A stretch of 63,935 bases of DNA, the filler included, from Blastocystis sp. subtype 4 (Eukaryota), in the NCBI RefSeq assembly GCF_000743755.1. It is 3 parts of 3 records of this genome, joined end to end, with 100 filler letters (N's around TTAATTAATTAA, not from the genome) between each part and the next. Parts side by side here need not be neighbours in the genome. Positions count along the whole stretch, not along the records: positions 1 to 27,103 come from NW_014569390.1; positions 27,204 to 51,808 come from NW_014569389.1; 1 more part is not named here. The stretch is one strand, 5' to 3'. Each line of letters begins with the position of its first letter. Position 1 is the first letter of the stretch. Positions 24,619 through 37,465 of this stretch are shown here, piece after piece. Made by a program: the position numbers and the translations under genes. Below the pieces are notes generated by a model. It ran no database searches. It saw only the letters and a program-made list of their open reading frames with translations, and had not been told where the DNA came from.

Positions 24619-27103
24619 ATGAGTGAAAAGACAGAAAATAGTAGGTATTTGCGATATGACAATTAGTAGTAGAAGAAGCGGTATCTCCTTTCTTACAGAC
24701 ATTCTGGGATCTCGCAGTTGTTGATATCAAGACAAGAGAAAAGGCAGCAACACAGCTGGTAAACTATTTGAAGGAACAAAAGACTCCAGGCAAACAAGCG
24801 GGTTTTCCGGGTCTATCTCTCGATATGATATATACAATCAAACGTCTCTGTCGTGGAATTTGTTCGTCGCGTGATTGTGCTCGTCAGGGTTTTTCACTTG
24901 CCTTAACATATCCTCTTTTGGTTGATTCATGTGTTCCTTCATTGCTACTTGCTGTTTGCAGTTCTTTAATGAAGTGACGCCTTCCCTTGTGTTGCGAGTG
25001 TTATTGGAGAATAGTCAAATTGAACAGGGTATGAAGAAGATTGAAGAGCGCGATCAGCTGTTTGGTCGTCTGTTTGGTATCCTTGCAATCTTCCGTTCAA
25101 CTCGTTTAACTCCAGTACCAAAGAAGGATTCTATTAATGTAGTCAAACAGTGTACTGAGGAAGTATTGAATCTATACATGTCGAAACGTTGGTTACGAGA
25201 AATCTGTATTCAGACATTCCTCACGATGCTTCGTAACGTGCATGAAGACCTAATTCCTGTGATTCTAGAAGGAACCTTGCCATTGTTCCAAGAGCAGAAG
25301 ATAATGGAGAATGAAGAGGAAGAGTTGCTTATTCCTATTCCTCTGACCTGTTCATCTCTGTTTTATCTGCTGGGAGTAAAGACCTTTCTCCACCAACACG
25401 CTGTATCTCTCTCAGATGAGTTAGAGCATGTGTATCAGAAGAATCCCGAGATTGAACCGAATCAATTGAAGTCATTGATGCATATCTACAGAGAATCGAC
25501 GTTCACGTTCCCCAAGATTCATCCAGTGTGGCAAGCCACTATTGATCTGATTCAAGAAGTGTCGGACTCGCCAAACGAGACATTGATGGAGTGGTGGGAG
25601 GCTGTGACAGAACATGTGATGACAACAACAGCAGAGCGTCGGAGGTGAGTGAATCCAATAGGAATGATGACTAGTACATGTATGAAAGTGTGTCGATATC
25701 TGTTTCCTGTGATTCCTTCCTCTATGTTGGATCGACTCCTTTCGATTCGTGTTATGAACATCATCAAGTCCAATAGTGGGAACAGTAAGAATTATATGCA
25801 TGAACAGGCTGTTCAACTCCTGGATTTCTTTGTGACGGTTAGGATGAGTCCATGTTGTTATATCTAGAGTACAGAAAACGACGTAGAGCGTCGTATGGCT
25901 CTATTGAATGTGTTCTTCAGTAGAGTGGGAATGGACTTTGATCGAGTGACTCGTACAGACACATGTAAGCGACTGATGGCAACACTTCGTCCTGAGGATC
26001 TGGATCAGTACTTGAATCATTGTTATCGTGTGTTGCTCCAGCCAAATGTACATGGTGAGGGAAGGAAGGATGATTGAGTGTTAGAGAAGGGATCCTTCCA
26101 GTTTGGAGATAGTAAAGAGACAAGTAACGAGGAGATGGAGGAAGAGGAAAGCAGTGAGGAGAGTAGTGAAGAAGGTCGTGATGTGTTGAGTCTACATCGT
26201 ATTTGGGCCTTGGAGAATCTCTATGAATTGGTGATGAGTACTGGTTCTCTGAATCCTCTTCAGTTGGTGCGACTGTTGTTTGTAGTGAGTTGCATTCAAG
26301 GAGGAGAGGAGGTCAAACCTCGTAGATGTGAAGTGAGTGAATGAGCAATAGAACTGCCAGAAACTGTCTGTTACACTTCTGATGAGTATTTGACTCAAGT
26401 GACTTCCTATGCTACTCCTGTATTCTCCTCGAGTGTCCGTGAGAAGGCAGCTGAACTGCTTTCTGCAATCACTCGTACACTTGCAGTGAAGAAGGAAGAT
26501 GAGAAGAAGAGTGAATTGGGAATGACTGCAGATCATGAGTTGTATGTATACTGTATCCTTCAGGAGTATCTTCACATGGAAACAGCTCTCTCTCAACCAG
26601 CTTTCTCCAAGTTCCAACTCATACGAGAATGGTCAGAAGAGGAGAAGACGGCACGAGCCACACTTCTGGAACAGATTGAGGAGATTCGTTCCCGATCACA
26701 AGAGGGTTCGTCAATGCAGAAGCTGGAGCAGGTATTTGAACGTCTCTTTGTGAATGTATTGCTGGAACAGATCTTCAAACCAGAGTACTCTCAATTCATT
26801 CCTGATTTGGTGGAGTGTTACAAACAGTTTACGCAACAGAAGAAGAGACGTACAGATGAGCGTCCTCTGGCTGTACTTCTGGAAATTGTGCTGATTCTAT
26901 TGCGTACCAGCAGCAAGACACTTCGTGACACGGCCATCCAGCTCTTTGGAAATGTGTGTGATGATCTCCAGGAGGAAGATGTACAGGATATGCTGAGTGT
27001 GTTCTGGAATGATGAGGGTATTGAAGAGAGTGAAGAGGAGAGTGAGGAGATGGAGATGAGTGTTGAGGAAGAAGAAGAGAGTGAAGAAGACGAGGAGGAG
27101 GAG
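24619..27103 (+). CDS. MYBBP1A: Pol5/MYBBP1A nucleolar protein (3' end lost in gap)
   Basis: FWDLA, YTIKRLCRGICSSRDCARQGFSLAL, ERDQLFGRLFGILA, STFTFPKIHPVW; acidic tract runs into the N gap. Confidence 0.88.
24908..24948 (+). other. Putative U12-type AT-AC intron (41 nt)
   Basis: 5' ATATCCTC, branch-like TTCCTTCAT, 3' TAC; restores the frame ALT|CCLQFF. Confidence 0.7.
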
Positions 27104-27203
27104 NNNNNNNNNNNNNNNNNNNNNNNNNNNNNNNNNNNNNNNNNNNNTTAATTAATTAANNNNNNNNNNNNNNNNNNNNNNNNNNNNNNNNNNNNNNNNN
27201 NNN
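27104..27203. other. Scaffold gap with artificial TTAATTAATTAA linker
   Basis: 44 N + TTAATTAATTAA + 44 N. Confidence 0.97.
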
Positions 27204-27520
27204 AACAGGTGTATAGTTGAAGTAATGAAAGTTCACTATGAATAGAATGGTATCTGTTGTGTTGAATTGACATCCACGACTCATCTTACCGTTTCTGTAT
27301 TGAAGATACCTGCATGCCAACTGCATACAGATTGGATTACATACTACTATTTTTTGTGAATGAGCATTGTGTGTCATATTGCGACAATGGGATCCCATTA
27401 TTCGTTGCCTATTGTCGCAGTATCGCACACACTCTATCGATCGGTTATTTGCGTTTTTGTCCTTTTATCTCTTGTCCTAACCGTTGATAAACGCAGTATT
27501 TCATTTATCTTGCTTGTAGT

Positions 27521-28994
27521 ATGAATGTACAGAAATGAGGTGGATATTCCTTTGTAGATTCCATGTAATGGCGAATGCCTTCAGAATGAGCAAGGTAGCG
27601 GAAACCCCACAGTTCCTTTGTTCATGTTCCATCATATTCTCGCACTCATTATTAGAATTGATACCTCTCATCCAATTGAAGAAGAATGGAAGCGAATAGA
27701 AAGAACCTGTACAGAAGTGGTAATTCTTTTCTTTTTTTTGTTCCAGTAGTTGCAAAATGAAATTAGATGTTATTCAGGACGTGAGCAGCAAAAGAAAGGA
27801 ACGATTACGAGGAATGCTCAGCGAACGTTGTTTGGAGAGGAATTACCTCGCGGTCATGGTTATAAAGGAAAGTTATCAACGAAACTGTCGTCGTTGTATG
27901 ATGAACTGATGGGACGAAATCCAAGAAAGAGACAAGGTCGTTCGACTGAGTCTTCTCCTTTATCTACGTCCAAACGCTTGTTACTATGTTCCCATCGTAG
28001 TCCAGTTGGTGTCATAGGAAATGGTCCCTTTGCTTGCCTTCTTGTTGAGAGACTTCTGTCAAAGCATCACCATGTTGTTCTTACTCATAAAGAAACTTTC
28101 TCATATGTCCAATCGGATGCTTCATTTACATCGCAATTGGCGTTGCTTCCAGTGACAGCCCTTCAGTACCAACCCTCGCTTCCATCCTTTCTCAGTCAAT
28201 GCGAGGTAATATTTGTTTCTGTACAGAATAGCATCATGTTTCACGACTTTAGATTGCGTCTGAATCTGCTGCCTTTTCATTCTATACCAATGATCATAAT
28301 ATTTTCAGTTCAGCTTCTTCACAACATACAATCATTGATTGTAGTATAGGAGATTTAACATTTTCAAATAAGGTCCATTCAATTGCCTCTTCGTATTCAA
28401 TTCCATACTATGATTGTTCCATTTTCCCTCTTCCAACTACTCTTCAATCATTTGATAAGAATCCTGTTTCTATCTTCTTAGGAGGTGAATTCTCTCCTTC
28501 AGAGACAGTAGGATCAATTTTGTATTCGCTTGGTTCTGTATTGTTTGGAGGACATAAGAATCAAGGGATTATCTATAAGATGATTGTTTCTGTAGGAATT
28601 AGTTTGGATGATGTGATGTGTAGCAGTATCTCGTAATTCAAGAGCAGGCTTTGAAAGAGGTGTATTCTACTGCTAGGAATTTGGGTGTAACTGATTCTAA
28701 GTTACTGGGACGATTGCTGAGTATGTGTGCTAATCCTACTACAATTATTGAACGTAATTTGTCATTTCCAACAATGGATGAAGAATCTCAACAGTCTACA
28801 AAGATTCCCATAGGCGATCTTATTGAGCCGATCAAACATACTTTGTAAGTGAAATGAGAAGTATGATATTGAGTGCACTACCTTCTTCTTATGCTCCAGT
28901 CACTTCTGTTGCTTGTCGAATTGGAGAAGACGTAATTCAAAGTAATCGAAGTGATCAAATCGATGTTTCCCAGGTGTGGAGACCCATTATGTAA
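27521..28994 (+). CDS. Unknown N-terminal domain + degenerate beta-hydroxyacid dehydrogenase; paralogue B
   Basis: IEEEWKRIERTCTEV|LQNEIRCYSGREQQKKG...LPRGHG...GRNPRKR, VGVIGNGPFA, YYDCSIFP, QGIIYKMIV, IDVSQVWR. Confidence 0.6.
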
Positions 28995-29089
28995 TGTATT
29001 TGCTAGTAGAAATGAGAGTACATAAACAAATCTCATTAACAATGAGTTACTCTCATTCTGACTTCCTATCTGTTTTCAACAAACATTAT

Positions 29090-30064
29090 ACCCAGAAATA
29101 CTATACTTTCACAGTGAATTCCTAATTACGTTACTTTGTCTTTGCTTTTTGTTCCTTCAATCTATACATCATACTTCTAGCTCTTAACTTACTCAGAAGA
29201 TAATTCTTCACTTTGAATCAAACTTTCTAATCGCTTTTTGGTCTCTTCCTCCATCACACGAATATCTTCAATGGTCAAGCCATCCCATTCATCCATTTGA
29301 ACGATCATCTGACACATGGAGCGCTTGAAGATCATTTCCTGTTGCTTTCGAATCAAAGATTCTATGATCGTCTGCAACCCAAAATATTTTGCTGTAATTG
29401 TTACTGTCTTGTAACACCACATGATGTGAGGAACCGAATGCTTCTCATACCAGCCCTCTTGCAAGGGACCGATATTCCGCTTTTCACTGTGCCAACGAGT
29501 AATGTCTTCAGATTCCTTCTTTTCTCTCTTGGCAATGTCCAGAATAATTCGCTCTCGTTTCTTGAGAGAAGCAGGATCTAGATTCACAATGTTCTCAATC
29601 GTTCCCTATATATCGCTCATCCATGTCATATCTACATCCTCGTCCACATAGCGGGATTCAACTGTCACACGGAAACGATCCTTGGCAAAATAACCATTTG
29701 TCATCACTGTCATGCAGTACGGATGACAATTCCACGCTTCTTCAACTAAATACAATGCATCTTTGGGAAGTACAGCCTTGACAACTGAGGGAAACATAGA
29801 TGCGAGAAGATAGTGCTTTAAAGTATACTGACCTTTTGCTTTGGGTACAGTAATTCCACTAACAGGAGAAATCCCCATATGACCATCTGTGTTGTCAAAC
29901 CTAGGATTCACACTCATTCCAAAATAAAACGGTTCATTCTTCAGGATAATCACTCCTTCACCTCCTCCGGTCACATTCTCCTGTAACTTCGTGATCATGA
30001 ACAGTTGCGCAATCTCGAAATCAGAAACCTGAATTGGTAGTGGGATTCGGAATTCAACAATCAT
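29090..30064 (-). CDS. Phosphatidylinositol transfer protein (START-like PITP)
   Basis: MIVEFRIPLP, GGGEGV..LKNEP, GQYTLKHY, EEAWN, MWCYK, DEWDGLTIEDIR; 3' end is either the genomic TAA at 29131 or a poly(A)-completed stop at 29090. Confidence 0.92.
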
Positions 30065-30421
30065 CTAGACGATAAGAAATATGGCTTTTCTTTCGTACGG
30101 GATCTACTGATCCGTCCAGTGATTCTTGATTATCAACCGGATATGACGAACAATGGAACAAGACATGAACGGATCAATGGAGACTGAAAATAAGGTTATC
30201 AAAGGGATATACATGTAGTATTAATAGTATGTGTTGATGATCTCAGCATCTAAAATAATCTCCTCTCTTTCATGGATTAGGTGATATTGTACTTCTTCTC
30301 TAGCCATGTATAATCAATCCATCACGTTATGGCGCCAGTACAAAGTGGATTGCTCAGTGATACCATAATAATAAAGACTATTGACTAACCACTATTCCAT
30401 CTGTTCATCACATAAACTTAG

Positions 30422-32674
30422 ATGTTTGGTTCGAGAATAGCGAGGTTACCACGTCCGTTTATTCGACAGAGCGCGGTTCCCAACTCTATTAACCAGAACC
30501 TTCGCCCTAAGATTTCGAATTGTGCTTACCATAACTCTGTAACCAATTCAGGGATGCAGAATACGGTGAACCATTCGTTCTATTTTGTTCCCGATACTTC
30601 TGCGTAGTGATGTCGCTAGTGGTTGATTGGTAGATTCCAGGAAATGTACCATTATGCTTCAGGAGTGGCAGAAGGTAATATGCAAACGGGAGTTATGCAG
30701 CATGGTCCTTTGGACGCCACATCACTACGGAAAACGAAGGACGACATCCTGCGCACTATGTCGTCGATCAGTAAGTCGGGAGGGAATATTGAAGACCAAA
30801 TTCAGTTGCTACTTTCTCTTCCCTACGAGTTGGATATCCGTGACTATACGAAGGCAATTCAGAGTTGTAATAGTGTTCGTTTATCTTCTTTATTGATGAA
30901 GGAGTTGCATAATCGTGGTTTGACTCCCGATTTGCTCCTCTACAATGTGTATCTGAAGAAATGTGAAGATTTCAAGGCAAAAGAAGAGGCATTTGTTGGT
31001 TATCGTCAATTACTGGCTGATCACATCATGCCTGACAAACACACAATTATTGTGCTGATCCGTTGCTGTCTGCAAAGTAATAGTCCAGAAGAGGCCGAGC
31101 ATGTCTTGGATGATGCATTTTCTAGGAATGTGGAGGTTAATAGTTACATGTTTAACCTCTTAATCGATTATTTCGCACGGCGAAATCAGCCTGGGGAAGC
31201 CTTTCGCTTGCGAATTAAGATGAATTCATCGGGCATCTCTCCTGATGAATATACAGTCTCCTCATTAATGGCTGCTTGTTGTCCTCAGCTCCCTTCTCAT
31301 GCCGATCTTGCAGTGTTACTAGAAGATGTGAAATCAGCTCCTTTGCCTGCACGTTCAGTGTGTGTTAGCGCCCTCTTTTCTGGTATTGCGAAGGCTACTC
31401 ACTTGGAGAATCATTTGAAGTTGCGTATTATTCTGTCATTCTTTGATGCATTACGTTCCCGCGGTTATATTCTTGGTCAGCATGCATATACATCTCTGAT
31501 GGCATGTTGTGCAAAGTTAGGTGTATTAGATCAAGCAAAAGCCTTTCTTGATGACATGCGTATGTGTTCAATCGAGCCAAATCTATATATCCTAACAGCT
31601 TTTATAAGTACGTGTAGTCGAGCCAAGGATTATGAAACAGCTCTTCATGTTTTTAACTATATGAGGAGTTGTCCTGATACTCAGTGTCAGCCGAATAAGT
31701 TCACTTATGAAGCAATGTTGATTGCTGCAGGGAATGCTGGTTCATTACGTGATGCTCTATCAATTTATCATGATATGATTGATGAGGGTATTGTTCCTGA
31801 TACGTCAACGTATGCACGTATGATGATAGTGTGTGGACTATGTCAGGATTTAACAATGGGTCTACAATTTGTGGATCTGTTTGCACAGAAGCATTTACCT
31901 CGTACTTCATTCTTCTATCATGCTTACATTGATCTGTATTCTCGTTGTCACCAACTGGAACCTGCGTTACGTGTATTAGAGGAGGTGAAGGCCAGTGGGA
32001 CTGTGGAAGCAACACATCATCATTATGAACCCATTGTACGTCTCTTGGTAGAACAGGGGAAATGGGAAGAGATTGATAAATTGGTGTATGGATGGAGAGA
32101 TGTGAGTTATTCGGCACTTCAATACTTGATTCTAAATGCTCATCATCAAGGAGAATGGAAGCATGTGATTACTTTTGAAGAAATTATGATTCAAAATGGA
32201 CAGAAACCCTATGCTGCTTTGGTACCTTTGATTGAAGAAGCTAAAAGGAATTTGTGGAGGAATGATGAATCTGCTTCTTCTTCAATCCATCATTCTGCTC
32301 TGTCATCTAGAGCTCCTTCACTCTCACCAGTCACTCCTACTACGCCTGTTCCATTCTCTCCCATAGATTCTTCTCTTACTCCGTCCTCTCTTTCTCCTGT
32401 TACTCCTTCCACACCCAGGGAGACTACTTCTATTGTCTCTTCAGATAATGGCTCGCTCTCTTGGCACCTGCTCCGGCCCAGTACCCACTCACTCCAGCGT
32501 CTGCAGTCCAGAGTCAGTTCCATTCCCGAGTTTGTTCCGCTTCATATGCGATCCGAATCATGGACCCCAACTCCTCAACCAGACACTTTTGGAGGTGTAT
32601 CCTTGGAGGATCTGGAGTATGAACTCAGTACAACCTTTGATTATTACAATGACTTTGATTCTCTCTCTTTTTGA
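30422..32674 (+). CDS. Pentatricopeptide-repeat protein, probably MRO-targeted
   Basis: Repeated 35-aa PPR motifs (PDLLLYN, PDEYTVSSLM, PNKFTYEAML); Arg-rich N-terminus MFGSRIARLPRPFIRQ; S/P/T-rich tail. Confidence 0.88.
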
Positions 32675-32741
32675 ATACCGTAATTACTCTCGAATTTGCT
32701 CATCTATGTGAGCAGATACTATACTGTTTGATACAAACACA

Positions 32742-34088
32742 TTAGTATAGACAACCAGGACAGTGATAGATGCTTTCGTGAAGGAAATCATCGCAGGTTT
32801 CACAAAACAAGTTATGACAGGAGGGACACTGCATACACACATCTCCTTCATGGAACTCTGAGTAACACCCATAACAACGTCTAAACATCACCACAAATCA
32901 TAAAACGAACAAAGACTGCGTTTTCAATTCATATTTAGTGAAATTGACAAGAGGGTCCAAGTGATGATAAGAACGGGTGAAACTCGTATAATCAGCAAGC
33001 ATTAGATTACAAATAGGACATAATAATGGTAGTTGACACACAATACACTGGCATCGAGGACACTTGTAGTACGAATCCAATAATTTCATATGGCACGTAC
33101 AATAATACGACGTCTAGGTGTTTATGAACCATCCCAGCATTACATTGCTATTTTCAACAAGTGGAGGGAAACCAATGATTTGCACTTCACCTGGTTGTTT
33201 GATTGTTGGAACGAGTGATGCAGAAGGAAGATCTTCTTGTTTGGATACAGGTGGCTGCAAGTGATGAAGGAAGAAATCTTGAATTTGAAAAGCAGTTTCA
33301 GGAACACAAAACGAACCGCCTGTCAGAGTAGCCAGCTTCTTATAAATGAATACTTCGCCTGAGAGACTGAGAACTGAACAAGTGATTCTCTACATCTCAG
33401 TATGCCCATATAATCCAACTTGTTCTTCAATACACCGAAAGGTGTCGAAAATATTACGAGGATCTGAAGTGTTCAACGAACTGATAACACAGAGAATCTC
33501 CTTTTTGTATTGTTCTGAACTCAAAATCATCGCATTTATGGCCAACTGAAGACTAATCTGCAATGAAAACGCTCCACTACAAGACAAATCCTAGAAATCA
33601 CAAGACACAGAAAATCCAACATCCAAAGCATGAAGATGATCCGATGCTTTTCGTGACAACGGTGTTAATAGAAAGGCCTTTCGATCATGCGAAACCACAA
33701 TAGAAAGCATGGACAACGAGTTTTGTTTGAAGAATTTATGAATAAAAGACTTGAGCTGATAAATAACTACTTCTAAACGAGAAGGCTTGAAGTCTGCATC
33801 CGACATTGTATACGATAAATCCAAAACCACCACTACACTTCGAAAGATATCTCGTTTCACCGGATAATCTATTCGATGTTCCCGTTCCTTCCGTTTTCGT
33901 TCCAGATCCACCTTCTCTCCTCTATTTATCATTTAAACATTTCAAAACCGTACAAATAATTCTCTCCTTTTTGTTCGTCCTCTTCTTCTTCAAATGTGTT
34001 CTCATACTTGCGTTCCCAGGGGAAACTCTGGATTTCAGCTATCCAGAATCATAGTTCATCCTATCCTACGTTCTGGATCCACTTCCAT
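32742..34088 (-). CDS. GTF2H2: TFIIH p44/Ssl1 subunit
   Basis: vWA domain VVVLDLSYTMSDADFKPSRL; YKCPRC..CPICNL..RSYHHL; C-terminal HCPGC. Confidence 0.93.
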
Positions 34089-34118
34089 CACGGAGAAGAG
34101 ACTTCAAACAAACAAGTG

Positions 34119-34591
34119 AGGATACATTACTAGTAAAAGAGTTCTTTTGGCTTCTGTTATAGTTCAGAATCCATTCGGATATATCAAAATTCGATTCTTT
34201 GATGATCCCGATACTCCGCTCTTCTATGCGATGGTCTCCTTACAACAAGTGATGATACTTACAAGTAATAGTGAACTTGGGAGTGAAAGCCACAATATAA
34301 AGCATACTTCTTAATTACCTTCATCAACGAATATTCCTTATCTCTACATCCAGAACAATTCCTGTTGTGTTCTTCTGTATACCAAATAAAGATATCGATT
34401 CAATATCTGATTTCTCCGAAAGATTCGCACTAGTGCTTCTATTCCATGAATATCCTTTCCAATACTAACCATTCTGACCACTAAGCTTGGAATAAAAAGA
34501 TACAAAGAGAATGGTATGGAACGAACTAGAGATAATGAAAACGATCTTTTCCATCTGTAACTGTGCAGCACACTTTTCCCACATTTGTCAT
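34119..34591 (-). CDS. Small hypothetical protein
   Basis: Short exons separated by GT-AG mini-introns; one frame ends at T + 4 nt + TGTTTGTT. Confidence 0.35.
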
Positions 34592-34676
34592 CTTTTTTCA
34601 CTTAGAGAAACAGACGAATATAATATCATTCCTTTTCGCATATGCAAAAATCCTATCAATCACACAACTTGTCACC

Positions 34677-36177
34677 ATGCCTCGAGAAATGATATGTCTT
34701 CAAATTGGTCAATGTGGAAATCAGAGTAGGAATTGATTTTGTGAGTTTCATGTAGTCGGATTTGAATTCTGGAAACGAATGTGTGAAGAGCATGGAATCG
34801 GTCCGGATGGAGTCCTGAAGAGTTTTGTAGAAGGAGGTGTAGATCGGAAAGATGTCTTCTTTTATCAAGTATATTTTATATTCTACAGTTTGATTGGATA
34901 GGCAGATGATGATCATTACATTCCTCGAGCTGTTTTGCTTGATTTGGAACCTAAAGTCATTGAAACGATTCAGGAATCGGATTATCGAAAGCTATTTAAT
35001 CCAGAAAATATGTGCCCATTAATCTGAATCTTCATATCGTAGTTTTGTTCCCAAAGAAGGAACGGGAGCTGGAAACAATTGGGGTATCGGATATACCGAA
35101 TCAGACAAATATGGAGAAGATCTGCTCGATATCATTACGCGAGAGGCTGAGGATTGTGATAGTTTTGAAGTGGATATGGCTTCGTGGACTTACTTTTAGG
35201 GGTTCATACTTACCCATTCTATTGCTGGAGGAACAGGATCCGGAATGGGTTCATATTTGTTGGAACATTTGAAAGATGCCTTTCCTCATAAACTGATTCA
35301 AACCTATTCTGTCTTTCCAAGCATGAAAGAGACTTCAGATGTTGTTACACAACCCTATAATAGTACATTGACGCTTTCTCGGTTAATTGAGTTTGCAGAC
35401 AGTACAATCGTTCTTGATAATACTTCTCTGAACTCAATTGTTGCTGAAACAGCTTCTTCTGAGGCAATTACAATTAATCATGTGAATGCACTGGTAAGCA
35501 GTGTGTTGTCAGTCTCAACGGCTTCTCTTCGTTATCCTGGTTATGTGAATAGCGACTTAGTGAGTATGGTTGCTAGTTTGGTTCCATCCCCTCGATTACA
35601 CTTCCTCCTTACAGCCTTCACCCCTTTGCAAGAGGCCTCCGTCACAAAAACGGCGACTGTCCGAAAGACATCGGTGTATGATGTCCAGCGTCGCTTGTTG
35701 CAGAACAAGAATTTGATGGCATCTGTAAATACACGAAGAGGAGTGTATTTGAGTGCTCTTCATATTATCCAGGGAGAAGTGGATCCATCAGAGGTTCATT
35801 CATCGTTACAACGGCTTCGGGAACAGGATACCACACATTTCATTCCTTGGGGTCCCAATTCCATTCAAGTAGTATTGGCGAAGAGGAGTCCGTATATCCC
35901 AGCAGCATCACGGGTGAGTGGGTTGATGCTTGCAAACCATAGTGGTGTGAGTAGTGTAAGGAAGCTAATAGTGAATGAAGGATAGATCTTCCAGGGAATT
36001 GGAACTCAGTTTGATCGGTCCTTTGGACGCAAAGCATACCTTCACAATTATTTAAATCTTCCACTTTTTAATGGAGATTCCAGTGAGTTTGTGAATAGTC
36101 GACAGTTATTAACCGACATTGTTGAAGAGTATAAAAAATCAGAAAGTGAAGATTATGTTCAATGGAGTATGGGTTAG
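34677..36177 (+). CDS. TUBG: Gamma-tubulin
   Basis: [58 protein letters not shown]. Confidence 0.97.
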
Positions 36178-36239
36178 AAACTGTTTGTGCAAATCAATGT
36201 TTTCCCTCCAACTCCAATGTCTTTCATTTCCTTTGGATC

Positions 36240-37362
36240 ATGAATTGGATGGGTGGCGCTAAGTAGAGAAACGATATTTACAAGGCTTATTCATAGGGCC
36301 CGCATGAAGAAGTATTTGCAGGAAAAGAAAAGGAAACAGGATTTAGGAATTATGACAAATGTAAATCCGACTCCAATACGGAAGAGTGTTCGGAATGGTA
36401 GAACGGTGAAGAAACAATTGAATGGGAACACCTCGAACGTATGATATCAATGATGGAGTGAGATTGAAGGATATTTGGGCGCTGATGGGAGATCTACCAA
36501 AAGGTACTACCCAAATGCATCCGCAGACAACTCAAACGCTTGCACACTCCCCTCAAACCCCTTCACACAATACTGTAATTCCATCACGTTCGAAAGAGTC
36601 ACTGCATTCATTTCTTCTTCCCTCCTCTCCACAATCACCAGAACCGAAATCTCCCAAATTAGTTACAGTGAATCATCGAAGTGGTTACATTGTGTTAGGA
36701 TCATTGATAGTTCAATTCATTGATAATGGTGAGGATCGTACCGATGAAGTGTATACAAAGGCTGGGATTGAGTTTCAAGACGGTTCTCTTTCTCCTCCTT
36801 CACTTCCAAAGTTGCAAGTGATGCCAAGGATTGAATCGAATCACGTTCCAATCGTAGACTCCCAATCGGAAGAACACTCTGAATTCAATCAGAAAGCTCT
36901 CTGGAATGCAATGTATGTGTTATTAGCTCCATGAAGAGTTAGTGATTCGGGTGAGGACATTTTCTCTGACTCATTTCAGTCCATTCTTAGTAGAATTACT
37001 CCAGCTACACTCACACAATTCGACACATCAACGATTCTTCTTCTTCTTGAGATCTGCTATAGTTATCTTGCGAAGAATGGAGAGCAAGTTCTATTAGGAA
37101 TAAATGTGCTTGATTCCATTGTCTCGTTTGTTCTCAATACCGATAATCATTGTAATGATTGTAGGTTTTTATGATGGACTATATCTGTAGCTTCGTTTAT
37201 CGATGTGTATAAGAGACTAATTCAGTCCCCTGTATTCTCTTTGCTTTCCTCTACTAGTCCTCCAAGTGAACTAGAATCTGTTCGACCTACTATTATTCAT
37301 ATCTATCGCAAGTGAGGTTAATAAAGTAGTTATCAGGAATAGGTTGATGGAATATACTCGTT
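36240..37362 (+). CDS. Hypothetical protein with MNWMGG N-terminus (HEIP1/REDIC1-like motif) and helical C-terminal domain
   Basis: Spliced start MNWMGGAKARMKKYLQEKKRKQ; last exon LMEYTR followed by T + CATA + TGTTTGTT. Confidence 0.45.
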
Positions 37363-37465
37363 CATATGTTTGTTTCTTGAATATCTTCGTATTTCAAGAT
37401 TCTTGCTTGATCGAACAACTCATCACATGTATTGTTATTCCAACAAACAGTTATAGCAAAAGGGA

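Noticed and set aside
27148..27159. TTAATTAATTAA palindrome within N runs (also 51853-51864)
   Set aside because: Artificial six-frame-stop scaffolding linker. True gap sizes are unknown, since most of RPS15A and the POL5 3' end are missing.
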